From Mobula hypostoma (lineage: Eukaryota), in the NCBI RefSeq assembly GCF_963921235.1, contig NC_086108.1, positions 18,104,001 to 18,168,000 on the forward strand: 64,000 bases of DNA. Direction: 5' to 3'. The position numbers were made by a program, and so were the translations under genes. Below, one piece after another: positions 1-14,334 of this stretch (within the stretch, counting starts at the first letter, position 1; each line of letters starts with the position of its first letter). The notes below the pieces were generated by a model. That model saw only the letters and a program-made list of their open reading frames with translations, was not told the origin of the DNA and searched no databases.

Positions 1-600
1 TTAATGATTTACTCATATGTAATCATAGAATTATACTCCGAATTATACCGCAATCTGGTTAATTGGGTTCATCAACACAATTATTGCACTATTGAAAGCT
101 TCATTGAGTAGATTATTGGTATATTTATTCATTCTCTGATCTAACCAGTCATCTTTCTCATTGTTTTTTAACAGACATCTGATAACTATGAATCATTTAC
201 TGACCTGATGATTGAACTGGTTAGTCATTGATAGATGTCATTAATTCTTGGAAAGTTGTCAATGGACTGTGTTAACACAGCAAATGATATGATTATTGGT
301 TGTGGCATTACTTGGTCTGTTATTGGGTTGCTCAATCTGATTCCTCTTTTACCATGATCACTGATTGTATTATTGGTGCGTTGAATATTTAATCACCTTG
401 ATTATTCGGCTATTCAGTAATTTCAATGTCAAATCATTTGTTGATTCATTCATTTGGGTACTTGTGACTAATCATTGTTACAGTTCTGAAACATCCACTG
501 AACTTGTTGCTTTATTCATTGTTAACCCTCCACTGTCAGAAGAATCATTTTATCTGTTTGCACATGTGCAGAGAGGGCCTTTGTGTGACTGTACTTGAAA
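1..600 (+). repeat. Degenerate ~32-bp tandem repeat block (backbone satellite)
   Basis: Recurring GATTATTGG / GAATCATT / ACTGA words, e.g. gattattggt near 111 and 291; boundaries approximate. Confidence 0.6.
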
Positions 601-1100
601 CATTGTGTACAGTTTTCATTTTCTTACCATGCAATGAAGAATTACCAGCTGGTGGATTTGCAAAGGTGGAGAGACTGAGTCAACTTGTACTGTGAAGAGT
701 TAAGAAATAGAGTGGGGGGGGGGGTGTAATCTCTAAGATTTACAAAATTCTCATAGGGATTGTCAGAAGATACTGGGAGAGTGCTTACCTTGGCCAAGGA
801 CTCTAAGACTAGAGGTAGGGGATATTTTGAAAATTAGGGCAGCCATTGTGGACTGGGGTGCAAAGAAATGTCTTCACTCAGAGGTTGGTGAATGTTTGGT
901 ATTCTTTGTCCATGAGGATCATTGAGGTTTAATAACTGAGGTTCAGTTTTGTAATAGTGAATGATAGATTTCTGGGACTTGGGGAAATCAGGGTTGTGGA
1001 AATAATGAAAAAAATATTGCTGAAATGAAAGATTAGCTGAGATTTTGAGTGCTGGGACAACTTGAAGGGCTAAATGGCCTACTGCTGCTGTTATTTCTTG
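600..1100 (+). mobile_element. Old CR1 LINE 3' end remnant
   Basis: Decayed CR1 3' motifs (ttcactcagaggttggtgaat..tggtattct; gaagggctaaatggcctactgctgct). Confidence 0.6.
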
Positions 1101-1384
1101 TAGCTCATTGACTGGAAGTTTGGTTTGCTGTATTGTTTGAATCATTGAGTAGCTAGTGAATAATTGTTCTATGGTATAAATCACTGATATAATTGTTTGT
1201 CCACAAATCCATTATAAAGCATCCTCTAGGGAAGAGTGATCACAAGATTGAATTTCACAACTGATTTGAGAACAAAACTAACTTAGTTAAAGATAATGAC
1301 AAAAATTTGCAGGCATCATTAGCTGAAGTATTTCGGGAAGTTAGATTAGAAGGTAAAATGGTAGATGTGAAATGGCAGATGCTA

Positions 1385-1580
1385 ATGGAAATATGTGAAC
1401 ATTGTCAACAGGGGTTTAGCTTCCAGATCCAGGGTGTCAAATTCAATCCTGACATTGAGTGCTGTCATTGTGGAGTAGGAGCATTCTCCTTGTGACAATG
1501 TTTCCCCCAGATGCTCTGGTTTCCTCCCACACTGAAAGTAGTAATGTAGATTATTTTGCCAATATAGGTTGCTGTATGTT
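1385..1580 (+). mobile_element. Degenerate V-SINE-like element
   Basis: V-domain-like core tttcccccagatgctctggtttcctcccacactgaaag. Confidence 0.5.
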
Positions 1581-1749
1581 AACAGAGGGAGGAGAAGAAT
1601 CAAAGGAGCCTTTCTAAGGTGGCATGATAGAGAATGGATTGCAGAACCTACGGGAAACAAACAGGAATAGCTTGGATGGCATTGATCTGGGAGATGTTAT
1701 GGATCCAAAGGGCAGCTTGGTTTTCAGGAGGTGTTATACGCTCTTTCCC

Positions 1750-2097
1750 TCTGTTAGCCTGGAAGTCACCCTTGGGTAAGATGTGGCAGCTGCTTAGCAG
1801 CCACCACCCCACCACCCCACCACCCCACCAGCTGATCAGGGTCATGTGAAGCTGTGGGAGCAGCTGGTGTATTTCACAAATCCTGGTTATGCGACCTCTG
1901 ACAGCAGGCAGACAGTCTTTATAGAGTACTGATATTGGCTTGCGGGGGGTGGGGGGAGGCGGGGAATCACCTATCTTGTAAAGACACTGCCCATAAGAAG
2001 GCAATGGCAACACTTCTATTGAAAAATTTGCCATGAGCTATCATGGTCAAAGACCATGATCACCTCTATCATATGACACGGCACATAATGATGATGA
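1750..2097 (+). mobile_element. SINE or LINE fragment with RTE/BovB-like 3' tail
   Basis: agaaggcaatggcaacacttct...tttgcc resembles the RTE/Bov-A 3' motif; ends in a short (tga)n tail. Confidence 0.45.
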
Positions 2098-2129
2098 GGT
2101 TTCCAGTTATGGCTTTATAATAAAGTAAA

Positions 2130-3247
2130 CACTGCAGAAAAATAGACTCTTCAGCCTAACTTGTCCATGCCAAACACAGTACCCACCAAGCTAGCCCCAT
2201 TTGCTTGTGTTTATCCCATATTCCTCTGAACCTCTTATTCATGTATTTATCCAAATGTCTTTTAAATATTGTTAGTGTACTTCAACAACTTTCTCTGGCA
2301 GCTCATTTAATATATGCACCACCCTCTACATGCAAGAGTTGCCCTTCATGGTCTCTTTAAGTCTTTCACTTTAAACCTGTGCACTTTAGATTTTGATTCC
2401 CCTCCCTGGGAAAAAGACAATCTGCATTCAGCTTATCCACATCCATCATAATTGTATACATTTCTATAAGGTCATAGTCAATGGAATGTATAAATGTTTG
2501 TTGAGAAATAAAATCACTAAGAGATAATCTATGTTTTGATTCATGATGCTATGGATGGTATCAACTTCAACAAAAAGAGATTATAATGTTGTAAAGACTA
2601 CCAATAAATTTGACTACTGGTAACATTTTAGAAACCAGCAAATTCATGATTAAAAGTGACAAGAGAGAAAAATGTAGGCTGTGAAAGTAATCTGGTAAAA
2701 GAGGTAAGAGAGAAAAAGAAACCAGTGTGGTCATCTTCATGCATATAAAATGGGAACAGCAAAAGTAACATTGATTCCTCCTTGAGATGAGGGACTTAAT
2801 AATGGGGGAATGTGGAAATGGCAGAGATCTCCAGTAAGTATGTTGTACCTACTTCAAAAAAGAAGACATTACTCATTGGAGTTTAGAAGAATGGAGTGGA
2901 GGGGGTATCTTGTTGGAATCTATTAAGTAGTGAAATGCCTATCAGAGTGGGTGTGGGGAAAATGATTTCTATAGTGGGGGAGTTGAGAACCAGAGGTCAC
3001 AGCCTCAGAATAGAGTGACGTCCATGGAGAAGAGAAGAGGAATTTCTATAGCTAGAGGGTACTGAATCTGTGGAATTCATTGCAAATGGCTGGGAAGGCC
3101 AAGGCATATTTAAAGCAGAGGTTGATATATTGGGTGTCAAATATTATGGGGAGAACACAGGGTTGAGAAGGGTAATAAATCAGCCTTGATGGAATAATGG
3201 AGCAGACTTGATGGGCTAAATGTCTGGTTCTGCTACTATGTCTTATA
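2130..3247. mobile_element. Old CR1 fragments (minus ~2130-2475, plus ~2600-3247)
   Basis: CR1 3' motifs on both strands (agaaccagaggtcacagcctcagaatag; gaatctgtggaattcattg). Confidence 0.6.
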
Positions 3248-3249
3248 CA

Positions 3250-4685
3250 AGTCAGAGTATTGGTCTGCTTAATTTATTGATTTGATTATTTGTCTCTGAA
3301 TACATTCACTGGTCTATTATTCTGGTGAGATATTGGACTGTTTGATTACCCGTTCCATGTAAAACTGTTGGCTATCAGCAGCGCATCGTTGTATCTATAT
3401 CCAATGCAAAGGTATGGTCTATGCTTGAGGTCATTTGCAACTGATCTGACCTCTGACCTCTTGTTCAGTTCTTTAACATCAATGACCTCAGAGGCAATAA
3501 ACATTTATGCAGACTCTCGGCTGTCAGCCATCCAGGGAAGGTAAGTAATTTGTGTTCAGTTTTATTTATATTACTTCATAGAAATGTTGCAATTAGTAGG
3601 TTATTATATTTTAATTTATTGAAAGTTTTGTTATTTTCAAAACTATATGCATGTAATTTCTCAGTGTTTCTGACTTTCAGAGGCAATTTGAAATGGTGGA
3701 AAATCTCTTGGATCGCACAGGCTGTGATTGAGGTGATTGGAAACCTGTAGCATCAACATGTAAATGTGGCAGAAGCTATCCTTTGAGCCATTCCTTCACT
3801 CAACTAAGTTACTGAAGTCAGTTTTGATCTTCAGTTGACCCCTTATTTGAATTTTAATAATTTGTTGATTCAGCTGTTAATGTAAGTATTGATCACTGTT
3901 CTTCGACTATTAGACTGCTTCATCATTCAGGTCTGGTTAATACTGTGCTGAGTATTTGTAACTTTGACAATTGGCATATTTTTTCATTCATTCAGTAATT
4001 TTATGGTCTGTTCAGATTTCATTGCTCTGAATGTGGTTCAATTTTTTTTTTACATCAGTTAGTATCCAATTACTGGCCTGATTTATCTGCCAAATGGATT
4101 GTTGATCTGCTAAATTCATGGTTCTCACCATTCATTGGTTTATTTGTTCATTGATATTACCACTCTGTAGAATGTTCAGGTTTTCTCTCTGCCTGGCTGT
4201 TTACGATTTTATGTTTACTACGTAAATATGATTATTAGAGACAACAGAATGCAGATGCTGGAATGTAAAACACTAAACACTGCTCTGAAAGAACTTTATG
4301 GGTCATGCAGCAGCTGTGGGAGAAATAAATAGCTAATGTTTTGGTCCACAATTTCTTTTGAGATCAAAACATTGACAATTTCTTTCCTCATACAGATGTT
4401 GCATGACATGATCACTGAATTCCTCCAGCACATTGTTTGCTGCTCAGTATGGTCATCAATTTGTTATTTCCTTCACTCAGCTGATTATTGGTCTGTCAAA
4501 TTATTATTGATTGATATAGTTAATTGTTTTATTTCTTAAGAAATATTTCTTCTATACCTATCACTGAACTGACTGTTAATGCAATAAACCATTCACTAAT
4601 TGTCTGTTGAACCACTTATTAAACTGAAAAATGGTGCATTTCAATCACAGTTCTGCATTGCTTTATTGAATCAGCAAGACTGAAT
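3250..4685 (+). repeat. Degenerate ~32-bp tandem repeat block, interrupted by a candidate exon and a Penelope terminal-repeat remnant
   Basis: ctgattattggtctgtc at 4481 and many variants. Confidence 0.6.
3469..3540 (+). other. Candidate 72-nt host exon
   Basis: ctgac branch-like motifs, ctcttgttcAG acceptor and perfect AAG|GTAAGT donor; two frames open (FFNINDLRGNKHLCRLSAVSHPGK or SLTSMTSEAINIYADSRLSAIQG). Confidence 0.5.
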
Positions 4686-4687
4686 TA

Positions 4688-5802
4688 GAAACATAGAAAA
4701 CCTACAGCACAATACAGGCCCTTTGGCCCACAAAGCTGTGCTGAACATGTCCTTACCTGAGAAATTACCTAGGGGTTACCCATAGCCCTCTATTTTTCTG
4801 AGCTCCATATACTTGTCCAGGAGTCTCTTAAAAGACCCTATCGTATCCGCCTCCACGCCTCACCACTGCTGGCAGCCCATTCCACGCCTCAGCACTCTCT
4901 GCGTTTATTAAAAAAAATCTTGCCCCTGACATCTCCTCTGTACCTACTTCCAAGCACCTTAAAACTGCCTCTCATGCTAGCCATTTCAGCCCTGGGAAAA
5001 AGCCTCTGACTATCCACATGATCAATGCCTCTCATCATCTTATACACCTCTATCAGCTCACCCCTCATCCTCCATCGCTCCAAGGAGAAAAGGCCAAGTT
5101 CACTCAACCTATTCTCAGAAGGCATGCTCCCCAATCCAGGCAACGTCCTTGTAAGTGTCCTCTATCCCTTTCTATGGTTTCCACATTATTCCTATAGTGA
5201 GGTGACCAGAAATGTGCGCTGTAGTCCAAGTGGGGTCTGACCAGAGTCCTATATAACTGCAACATTACCTCTCGGCTCCTAAACTCAATCTCATGTTTGA
5301 TGAAGGCCAACGCACTGTATGCTTTCTTAACCATAGCCACGCAGCCTGATCCCCCACGCTGCCAAGAGCCTTACCATTAATACTATATTCTTACCATTAT
5401 ACTATATTTGACTTACCAAAATGAACCACTTCACACTTATCTGGGTTGAACTTCATCTGTCACTTCTCAGCCCAATGTTGCATCCTATCAATGTCCCGTT
5501 ATAACCTCTGACAGCCCTCCACACTATCCACAACACCTCAACCTTTGTGTCATCAGCAATTTTACTAGCCCATCCCTCCACTTCTTCATCCAGGTCATTT
5601 ATAAAAATCACAAAGCGAAGGGGTCCTAGAACAGATCCCTGAGGCACACCACTGGTCACCGGCCTCCATGCAGAATATGACCTGTCTACAACCACTCTCT
5701 GCCTTCTGTGGGCAAGCCATTTCTGGATCCACAAAACATTTCTGGATCCCTTGGATCCCATGCCTCCTTACTTTCTCAATAAGCCTTGCATGGAGTACCT
5801 TG
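4688..5802 (-). mobile_element. 5'-truncated CR1 LINE (RT C-terminus and 3' UTR), frameshifted
   Basis: ORFs with [28 protein letters not shown]; tail (ttctatgt-like) at 4688. Confidence 0.92.
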
Positions 5803-5809
5803 CCTAAAC

Positions 5810-6800
5810 ACTCTAAATATTGTGCTGATTAATAATTTCCTGGCCAATTGAATCATTCAAAGCTCTAACCTGTCTGTTAACATTTTGAAATTTCCTATTA
5901 TTCTGTTGAACATCTGAATATTGTACTGTTGACATTTTCACTGACCGGAGGGAATAAATCAGTAATATGAGTATTGGGTTCTTAAATAATCAAATGAAAT
6001 GTGTTCAATCTGTGATTTTGTTTTCGACTTTTTGAGATTATTGGTCTGATGGTGGGTCTTTTGAATTGTTTATTTATCTGATAGTTTGTGTGCTAATTTG
6101 CTGATGTTACTGTGGGTCTGCTGAATCTTTCCTCGCTATGTGTTATTAGTTTGGTGAATCATTCACTGATCTGATTATTGGTCCAGAAACCATCTGTTTT
6201 GATTGCTAGTACTTCATTAATTTGTCTGATCTATCAATTATTGAATGAATTATTGGTCTGGCAATTGTTTAATCAGTTGATCAGTCTGTCCCATTTGTAA
6301 TCTAAGCATTTGTGCTCAGAAACTGTAATTGCTTGGATTATTAATCTATTGAATTAAATTGATGTCTGTCAGCATGTTAATTGATCAAGTTTTTCACTTA
6401 ACTACTTGTCTACTGAGCTATTGATTTGGTGAGTAATTCATGGGATTGAATACTGGAACGCTGAATCATTAAATGACCCGATGATTGAGATGTTGATTCA
6501 CTCCCTGCATTATGGTCTCTTAAACAAAGCTGAATCACTTTTTAAATTGTATTATTGTTAATAAGTCTATATTGTTGGGCAAATCACTTATCTGTTGAAA
6601 TCAATCTGAATTATTATATTTTTGCATCAATTAATGATCTCCATTTGCTGAATCATTCATTAATGTGCCTTATTAGTTGGTGTAAGCATTTTCAGACCTG
6701 ACTCTTAAATAGTTGACTGACTCACTAATCTGATTAATACTCTTAAATTATTAGTTGCTATGATATTGGTTTGATAAATCATATATTTATCTAATGTTTG
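5810..6800 (+). repeat. Degenerate ~32-bp tandem repeat block
   Basis: ttattagt at 6143 and ttattggt at 6175 are 32 nt apart; gaatcattcactgatctgattattggtc at ~6156-6183. Confidence 0.7.
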
Positions 6801-8468
6801 GTCTTCGGTATTCACCAATGAGAGGGAACTTGATGATGGTGAGGACAATATGAGTGAGGTTGATGTTCTGGAGCATGCTGATATTAAGGGAGAGGAGATG
6901 TTGGAATTGTTAAAATACATTAGGACAGATAAGTCCCCGGGACCTGACGGAATATTCCCCAGGCTGCTCCACGAGGCAAGAGAAGAGATTGCTGAGCCTC
7001 TGGCTAGGATCTTTATGTCCTCGTTGTCCACGGGAATGGTACTGGAGGATTGGAGGGAGGCGAATGTTGTTCCCTTGTTCAAAAAAGGTAGTAGGGATAG
7101 CCCGGGTAATTATAGACCAGTGAGCCTTACGTCTGTGGTGGGAAAGCTGTTGGAAAAGATTCTTAGAGATAGGATCTATAGGCATTTAGAGAATCATGGT
7201 CTGATCAGGGACAGTCAGCATGGCTTTGTGAAGGGCAGATCGTGTCTAACAAGCCTGATAGAGTTCTTTGAGGAGGTGACCAGGCATATAGATGAGGGTA
7301 GTGCAGTGGATGTGATCTATATGGATTTTAGTAAGGCATTTGACAAGGTTCCACACGGTAGGCTCATTCAGAAAGTCAGAAGGCATAGGATCCAGGGAAG
7401 TTTGGCCAGGTGGATTCAGAATTGGCTTGCCTGCAGAAGGCAGAGGGTGGTGGTGGAGGGAGTACATTCAGATTGGAGGATTGTGACTAGTGGTGTCCCA
7501 CAAGGATCTGTTTTGGGACCTTTACTTTTCGTGATTTTTATTAACGACCTGGATGTGGGGGTAGAAGGGTGGGTTAGCAAGTTTGCAGACGACATAAAGG
7601 TTGGTGGTGTTGTAGATAGTGTAGAGGATTGTCAAAGATTGCAGAGAGACATTGATAGGATGCAGAAGTGGGCTGAGAAGTGGCAGATGGAGTTCAACCT
7701 GGAGAAATGTGAGGTGGTACACTTTGGAAGGACAAACTCCAAGGCAGAGTAAATGGCAGGATACTTGGTAGTGTGGAGGAGCAGAGGGATCTCGGGGTTC
7801 ATGTCCACAGATCCCTGAAAGTTGCCTCACAGGTGGATAGGGTAGTTAAGAAAGCTTATGGGGTGTTAGCTTTCATAAGTCGAGGGATAGAGTTTAGGAG
7901 TCGCAATGTAATGATGCAGCTCTATAAAACTCTGGTTAGGCCACACTTGGAGTATTGTGTCCAGTTCTGGTCACCTCACTATAGGAAGGATGTGGAAGCA
8001 TTGGAAAGGGTACAGAGGAGATTTACCAGGATGCTGCCTGGTTTAGAAAGTATGCAATATGATCAGAGATTAAGGGAGCTAGGGCTTTACTCTTTGGAGA
8101 GAAGGAGGATGAGAGGAGACATGATAGAGGTGTACAAGATAATAAGAGGAATTAGATAGAGTGGATAGCCAGCGCCTCTTCCCCAGGGCACCACTGCTCA
8201 ATACAAGAGGACATGGCTTTAAGGTAAGGGGTGGGAAGTTCAAGGGGGATATTAGAGGAAGGTTTTTCACTCGGAGAGTGGTTGGTGCGTGGAATGCACT
8301 GCCTGAGTCAGTGGTGGAGGCAGATACACTAGTGAAGTTTAAGAGACTACTAGACAGGTATATGGAGGAATCTAAGGTGGGGGCTTATATGGGAGGCAGG
8401 GTTTGAGGGTTGACACAACATTGTGGGCCAAAGGGCCTGTACTGTGCTGTACTATTCTATGTTCTATG
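6801..8468 (+). mobile_element. 5'-truncated CR1 LINE, ORF2 RT domain broken by two frameshifts
   Basis: ORF 6850-7752 (KSPGPDG, NYRPVSLTS, DFSKAFDKV, GVPQGS, FADD) continued in 7773-8159 and 8161-8406; (ttctatg)n tail. Confidence 0.96.
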
Positions 8469-8569
8469 TATTATTAAATACTAATCAGATAGTGGTAAAT
8501 CAAGTCATATTTGCTGATATGTTGATTGCCTTATTGAATTATTTCTTGACATATAAAGTAGAAGTGTTG

Positions 8570-10505
8570 ATAAGTGCCAACAGGGCTGCTTTGCTTTGGT
8601 GGACTGGACAATATTTAGGGATTCATCTTCGAGTCTGAATGAATATGCCTCAGTTGTCACCCACTTTATCAAGACCTACGTGGATGAGTGTGTGCCTTCA
8701 AGAGCATTCCAGACAGAGCCAAATCGAAAGTTGTGTATGGATCAGGAGATTTGTGGTCTGCTGAGGGCCACTGTATGGCATTCAAGACTGGTGATTCAGA
8801 AGTATAAGAGCGATAAAGCAATTCTGATTGAGGTTAAAGATGGGATCGAATGCACTCAGCTATGGCAGGGTTTACAGACCATTACTTTCTACAAAGTGAA
8901 ACCTAACATGAATGGCTTCACTCCTAGATGAGCTTAATGCCTTTTATGCAGGCTTTGAAAGGGAGAATAAAACCACATCTATGCAAGGCCCTGCAGCCTC
9001 CAGTGATCTTTGTCTTGGAGGCCAATGTCTGAGCATCTTTCAAAGGGTGAACTCTCACAAGGCATCAGGCTCTGATAGGCACTGAAAACCTGTGCTAACC
9101 CACTGGCAGGAGTGTTTAAGGATATTTTCAATCTCACTGCTGCAGTAGAAAGTTCTCAGCTGCTTTAAAAGGGCAATAATCATAACCAATGCCCAAGAAG
9201 AGCAAGGTGAACTCCCGATGTGAATATTGCCCAGTGCACTCACAGCTACGATGATGAAACGCTTTGAGAGAGTGGTTATGGTCAGAATTAACTCCTGTCT
9301 ATAAGTAAGGACCTGGATCCACTGCAATTTCTCAAATGCACAATAGATCTACAGTGGCTACAAACTCACTGGCTCTCCACTCGGCTTTGGATTATCTGGA
9401 CAACAGTAATATTTGAGTCAGGTTGCTGTTTATTGATTACAGCTCAGCGTTCAACACAATCATACCCTCAGTTCTAATCAACAAGTTCCAAAACCTGGGC
9501 CTCTGTACATCCCTCTGCAACTGGGTCATTGACTTTCTCACCAGGAGAGCGCTGTCTGAGTGGATTGAAAATAACATCTCCTCCTCGCTGACAATCAACA
9601 CTGGTGCACCTCATGAATGCATGCTCAGTCCATTGCACTAATCTCTACATTGTGTGGCTAAGCACAGCTTAAGCGCCATCTATAAATTTGTTAATGATAC
9701 AACTATTGTTAGTAGAATTTCAGATGGTGAGCAAGAGACTTACAGGAGTGAGATAGATCAGCTAGTTGTGTGGTGTTACAGCAACAACTTTGACTCAACA
9801 GTAAGAACAAGGATAGTGGATTTCAAGAAGGGAAAGTTCAATAAACACACACCAGTCCTCACTGAGGGATCAGAAGTGGAAAGGATCAACAGTTTCATGT
9901 TCATGGCTGTTAACATCTTTGAGGATCTATCCTAAGCCCAACATACTGATGCAATTACAAAGAAGGCATGACAGCAGCTATATTTCATTAGGGGTTTGAG
10001 GAGAATTGGTATGCCACTGAAGATGTTCACAGAAATTTCTACGGATGTACTGTGGAGAGCATTCTAACTGGTTGTTCACCATCTGATAGAAGGGCCACTG
10101 CACAGGACTGGCAAAAAACTGCAGAAAGTTGTAAATTCAGCCAGCCTCATCACTAGCCTCCCCAGCATCCAGGACATCTTTAAAATGCAAAAAGGTGGCA
10201 TCCATCATTAAAAATCCCTGTCATTCAGGATGTGCCACTTTCTCATTGCTACCATCAGGGAGGTGGTACAGAAGACTGAAGGCGCACACTCAATGTTTCA
10301 GGAACAGTTTCTTCTGCCATCAGATTTCTGAATAGACAATAAACCCATGAACACTTGCTCGGTATATTTCACCTCTCTTTTTGCACTACTTAGTTAATTT
10401 ATTATATGTAGTTATTGTAATTTATAGTTTTTATTACTGTGTGTTGCAATGTACTGCAACCACAAAACTACACATTTCACAACATATGCTGGTGATGTTA
10501 CGCCT
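8570..10505 (+). mobile_element. Decayed Rex1/Babar-type LINE
   Basis: [34 protein letters not shown] remnants; AT-rich 3' UTR. Confidence 0.8.
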
Positions 10506-10539
10506 GAGAATCAGGCCATCATCTCCAATGGATTTTGAA

Positions 10540-11285
10540 CAGATCATTGTTACATGACTGACCCAACGGTCTGATTTATTTGTCAGAGACCTGATTTTTT
10601 TTGATCTTTTGAATCTTTTATTGTTCTCATATTGTTGGAAGATTATTAGTCTGTAGATTCATATACGGATCTGGTTAGTTTGAATCACTGATCAAATTAA
10701 ATCTGTTCGTCCCGAGTTATTGATATGGTAAATCAATCATTGACGTGTATATTGGCCATTTAATTAATTTAATAATCTATATCTGTCACAGTGTCTGGTT
10801 GCGAACCCAAATGTAAGACACAGACACTGAAGTACAAGGAACAGGACTTGACTAGAGTAGGGACGTGAGAGGATACAGACAAGGAGCAGGGACAAGAACG
10901 CAGACTTGGGCTTGGACTCCGAGCCAGAGACTGGACAAGGACCTAGGACCTGGGTCTTGCCTTGGGCTCGTACCCCAGAACTAGGCAAGGACATGACATG
11001 ATTACAGGACAGGATGTGGCTGGGGTCTAGAGAATTGGGTCTTGAGGCTGGGGTCTTGGACTTGAGGATGGTTTATACACAAATCTTTCATTTTGCTACT
11101 TCTCTCTGATTATTTGTCTGTCTCATCACAAATCTGTATTGATCATTGTTCAGATAATTAATATTGTTGTGGATCTATCTATGGATAGACTTTTATTTGT
11201 TGTCTAGTTCATTCATCATGTTATTTGTAGACATATTCATTAATCTTTTTATTGAACTATTACATAATTCATTGATCAGGTTTCT
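10540..11285 (+). repeat. Degenerate ~32-bp repeat block containing a probable LTR fragment (~10784-11070)
   Basis: gaagattattagtctgtagattcat, tgaatcactgatc; the GA-rich insert starts TGTCAC but no second end or TSD was found. Confidence 0.5.
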
Positions 11286-11299
11286 GTGCTCAGTTCCAA

Positions 11300-11750
11300 T
11301 AGCATTAGAGGAAGTCTGAAAGAGATTTACTGGGCTAAATCCTAGGATGAGAAGTTGCCCTGTCAAAAGCCAAACATCTTAATTCTATATTCTTTGAAAT
11401 ATATAAGCCTCCTAAGGAAAATATTTTCTATAGTGGGAATTTTGTTGCTTATGAGAAACAAGTTTTAAATCAATGGGCCAGCCTTTTAAACCAAGTACAC
11501 TGATATTTCTTCTTGTAGCAGATGATGAACTTTTGGAATTCTCTGGCACAGAGTTATAGAGGCTGGGTTGTTCAAAGCATTTGAAGTGGAGGTAAATAAA
11601 CTTTTGAAAGACCAGGCAATTGACGATAAGGACCTGTCACAGAAGGAATTGGGGCCTGGGATAAATCAGCCATAATGATATTGAATGCTGGGAAAGGCTT
11701 GAGCAGATGAGGGGCCAAGGGGCCGATTCCTGTTCTGGTTTTTTTGTGTT
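11300..11750 (+). mobile_element. Old CR1 3' remnant
   Basis: gatgatgaacttttggaattctctg, ataaatcagccataatgatattgaatg. Confidence 0.55.
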
Positions 11751-13374
11751 ATTCCTCTGTTGAATTGGTCACTGTTCTGGCCATTAGTGTTGTAAATTGT
11801 TTCTTATTTGACTGTTGCTCTACTTCTATTGCTTTATATTTGCAGTTGGCAGGCTAATTAAAAAGGTGCCTTACTGCCACCTACTGAACTGGAGTGTGAG
11901 GAGGATTCAGGAGAGTGCTATGCTCCTACCATCACCATCCTCTAGAAGAAATAATACTAAAGATAAGGATAAATATATATATATCGCCCAATGCTACTGA
12001 CTTAAATTGCATTAAACTACCCAATCAAGTTTCAAGAATTTAAATAGTTGTGCTTTTTTCTTGCTTCTTGACCAGATGCACCAAACTATCTAAAGTAACA
12101 ATGTTGCTTCCCAGGGTCTGCGTTCTCTCCCACTCGTATGCCCTACATTCCAATAACACGTGTGAGACTATCTCTGGAAGTCAACACCGTCTGCATTCAC
12201 CTGAAGTATGTTTATCAAGACTAAGCATTGTGGCATTTAAACTAGTATGGTATAGTAAGTTGAGTAATTATAACTTCCTTCCTTCTGGGCCTTCCTCTCC
12301 TCCAAAGTGAAGTAACCTTTTTCTGAATTCCATATAAATGTCTCCCCTTCAATTATGTATCCCACAGGTGCTGCCAGATTGAGAGAACATGGTCCTTAAT
12401 TAAAACATGGCCCTAATGCAGTGGAATATCAATATCAGCAGCACCAACCTTCATGGATTGTCTAGTCAGACTGCTTCATCGCCTTCCATCTGGGAGATGG
12501 AATCCACGAAAAGCAGATACGCACTCCTAAAAGCTGTAGCCGTAACCATGTTTGTCTAACTTCCAACAAAACGTCCGGATGATTATTGGACACACACACA
12601 CCTTCAGACTCCACAATACAGAGAAGGAATCAGAACAGACAACAACAGTTAGACTGTACATCCTCTATCCACTGCAATGCAAGAAAGATTGCCACCATTT
12701 CAATAGCATAAACTGAAAGTTTATTAGATAAGCTTTTTCTCATTGACACCTGAAATTCTGGGACATAGGCTGCAGCAACAGTGTAATGAGACACAGGATC
12801 TTAATCACTGGAACCATTCTATCATATTGATGCATATACAGAGTCAATGCTACCCCTCAGGATACACATTGGGCACATTCCGACAGCCTCTCCCAAAGAC
12901 TCGAATCTACCCGAGGTAAAGGAAGTTGCCAGGGAGGAGTAATGAATAAGGCCACTAGGAGCATGGTTATATTGATCAGTTCCTTTCCACGCAAACCTTG
13001 CAGTCTTGATGATCCCAACACTCTTTCAATATATTCTTAGTTGGATGATCATCCTCATGACCACTGAGGTGTACCCATTAATCACAGCCATCTGCAATCT
13101 TCGCAAATACAATGACATCTGCAGAGCAGAAACAGGAGAAGACCCAGCAGACATAAAGCCTGGGGTTTGAATAACATCCAGCAATATCAAAAATGAGGAG
13201 GCGGCACAACCATCTGCAACACAGAATAATCTAAGACTGCTCTAATCAATGCATAATGCACTGTAATCGTGATGCCCTATTAAATCCTCAGTCATATCCC
13301 ACCAAACACAGAAGCACTTTAAGGACAACCTTGTATCTCCCAAATATTTTATTGACATGAAGCTTCCAAGCAAG

Positions 13375-13934
13375 TGTAACCCTCTGATTCTGTCTGCTGC
13401 ATAAGTCTAGGGAAGACTATCTCTGGCCCCACCAACAATATGATATTGAGATGCACAACCTCCTGTTTGTGTGGATGCTGCGTGATTTGTTACCCTGTTA
13501 CAAATCAGTACCACAAAATAACAGACAGTACACCATATGCAGTTAAACGATTTAGTTTTATTATACTTAATTTGACTAAGGGGTTAGAAAAGTAAAAAAA
13601 GGGCCCATTTTAATGAAACAATCTAATGTGCACAAACTGAAGCTCGCGGCTTCCCTTCCACTGATTCCTCCATTGATTTTTCAACTCCCAGCCCCACTCC
13701 AAGTCCACTCCTTTCTGTGTCTATGACCTCTCCTTTCTGGCATCTTCTCTCTTCATTTTCTGCCAAACAGAAGTCTCAGATCACCTGAGTCTCAGGCACA
13801 CAACAAGAAAAAGAATACTCCCTTCATTGGAAGGCACACAATCCAAAGCCCCTGTTATCTCTAGCCATAACCCAAACACTGCTGCTACAGAAAAACCATT
13901 ACATTAGCAGTGAAACTTTTCCCAGGGTATTACA
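13375..13934. mobile_element. Solo LTR (560 bp) with CAAG TSD
   Basis: TGTAAC...TTACA ends; CAAG at 13371-13374 and 13935-13938; removing it restores the Nimb peptide WMDVKLAWKLHVNK. Confidence 0.85.
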
Positions 13935-14334
13935 CAAGTTTCACATCCATCCATGTACTGCGGATCCTCATCGCTGACACCTGTTCCAATATCTGTCCAT
14001 ACAGTCTAAGGTCAACAATGGGCTGATTATCCATTCACTAAAACAAATAATCTGAGTTTTTGCTGCTGACAACTTAAACCCCCACTGCTCAACCCATTTC
14101 TCCACTTCCTGCACAGCAACCTGAACCTTATTAATTACCAAATTTAGATTCCTATCCTTTTTCCACACAGCCCCATCATCAGCATACAAGGACCCAGAAA
14201 TGTCAGGATCCACTTTAGAAAAAATATCATTTATCATAATATTGGACAGGACTACAAACACTTCCTTGTGGACTACAATTACCTGTAGGTAATATCAAAT
14301 AAGACTGCCACTAGAACTTGCTCAGTAACCTCGC

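Noticed and set aside
11872..11890. CTCF-like motif tgccacctactg
   Set aside because: It is part of the usual Nimb 3' UTR; sequence alone gives no independent evidence of binding.
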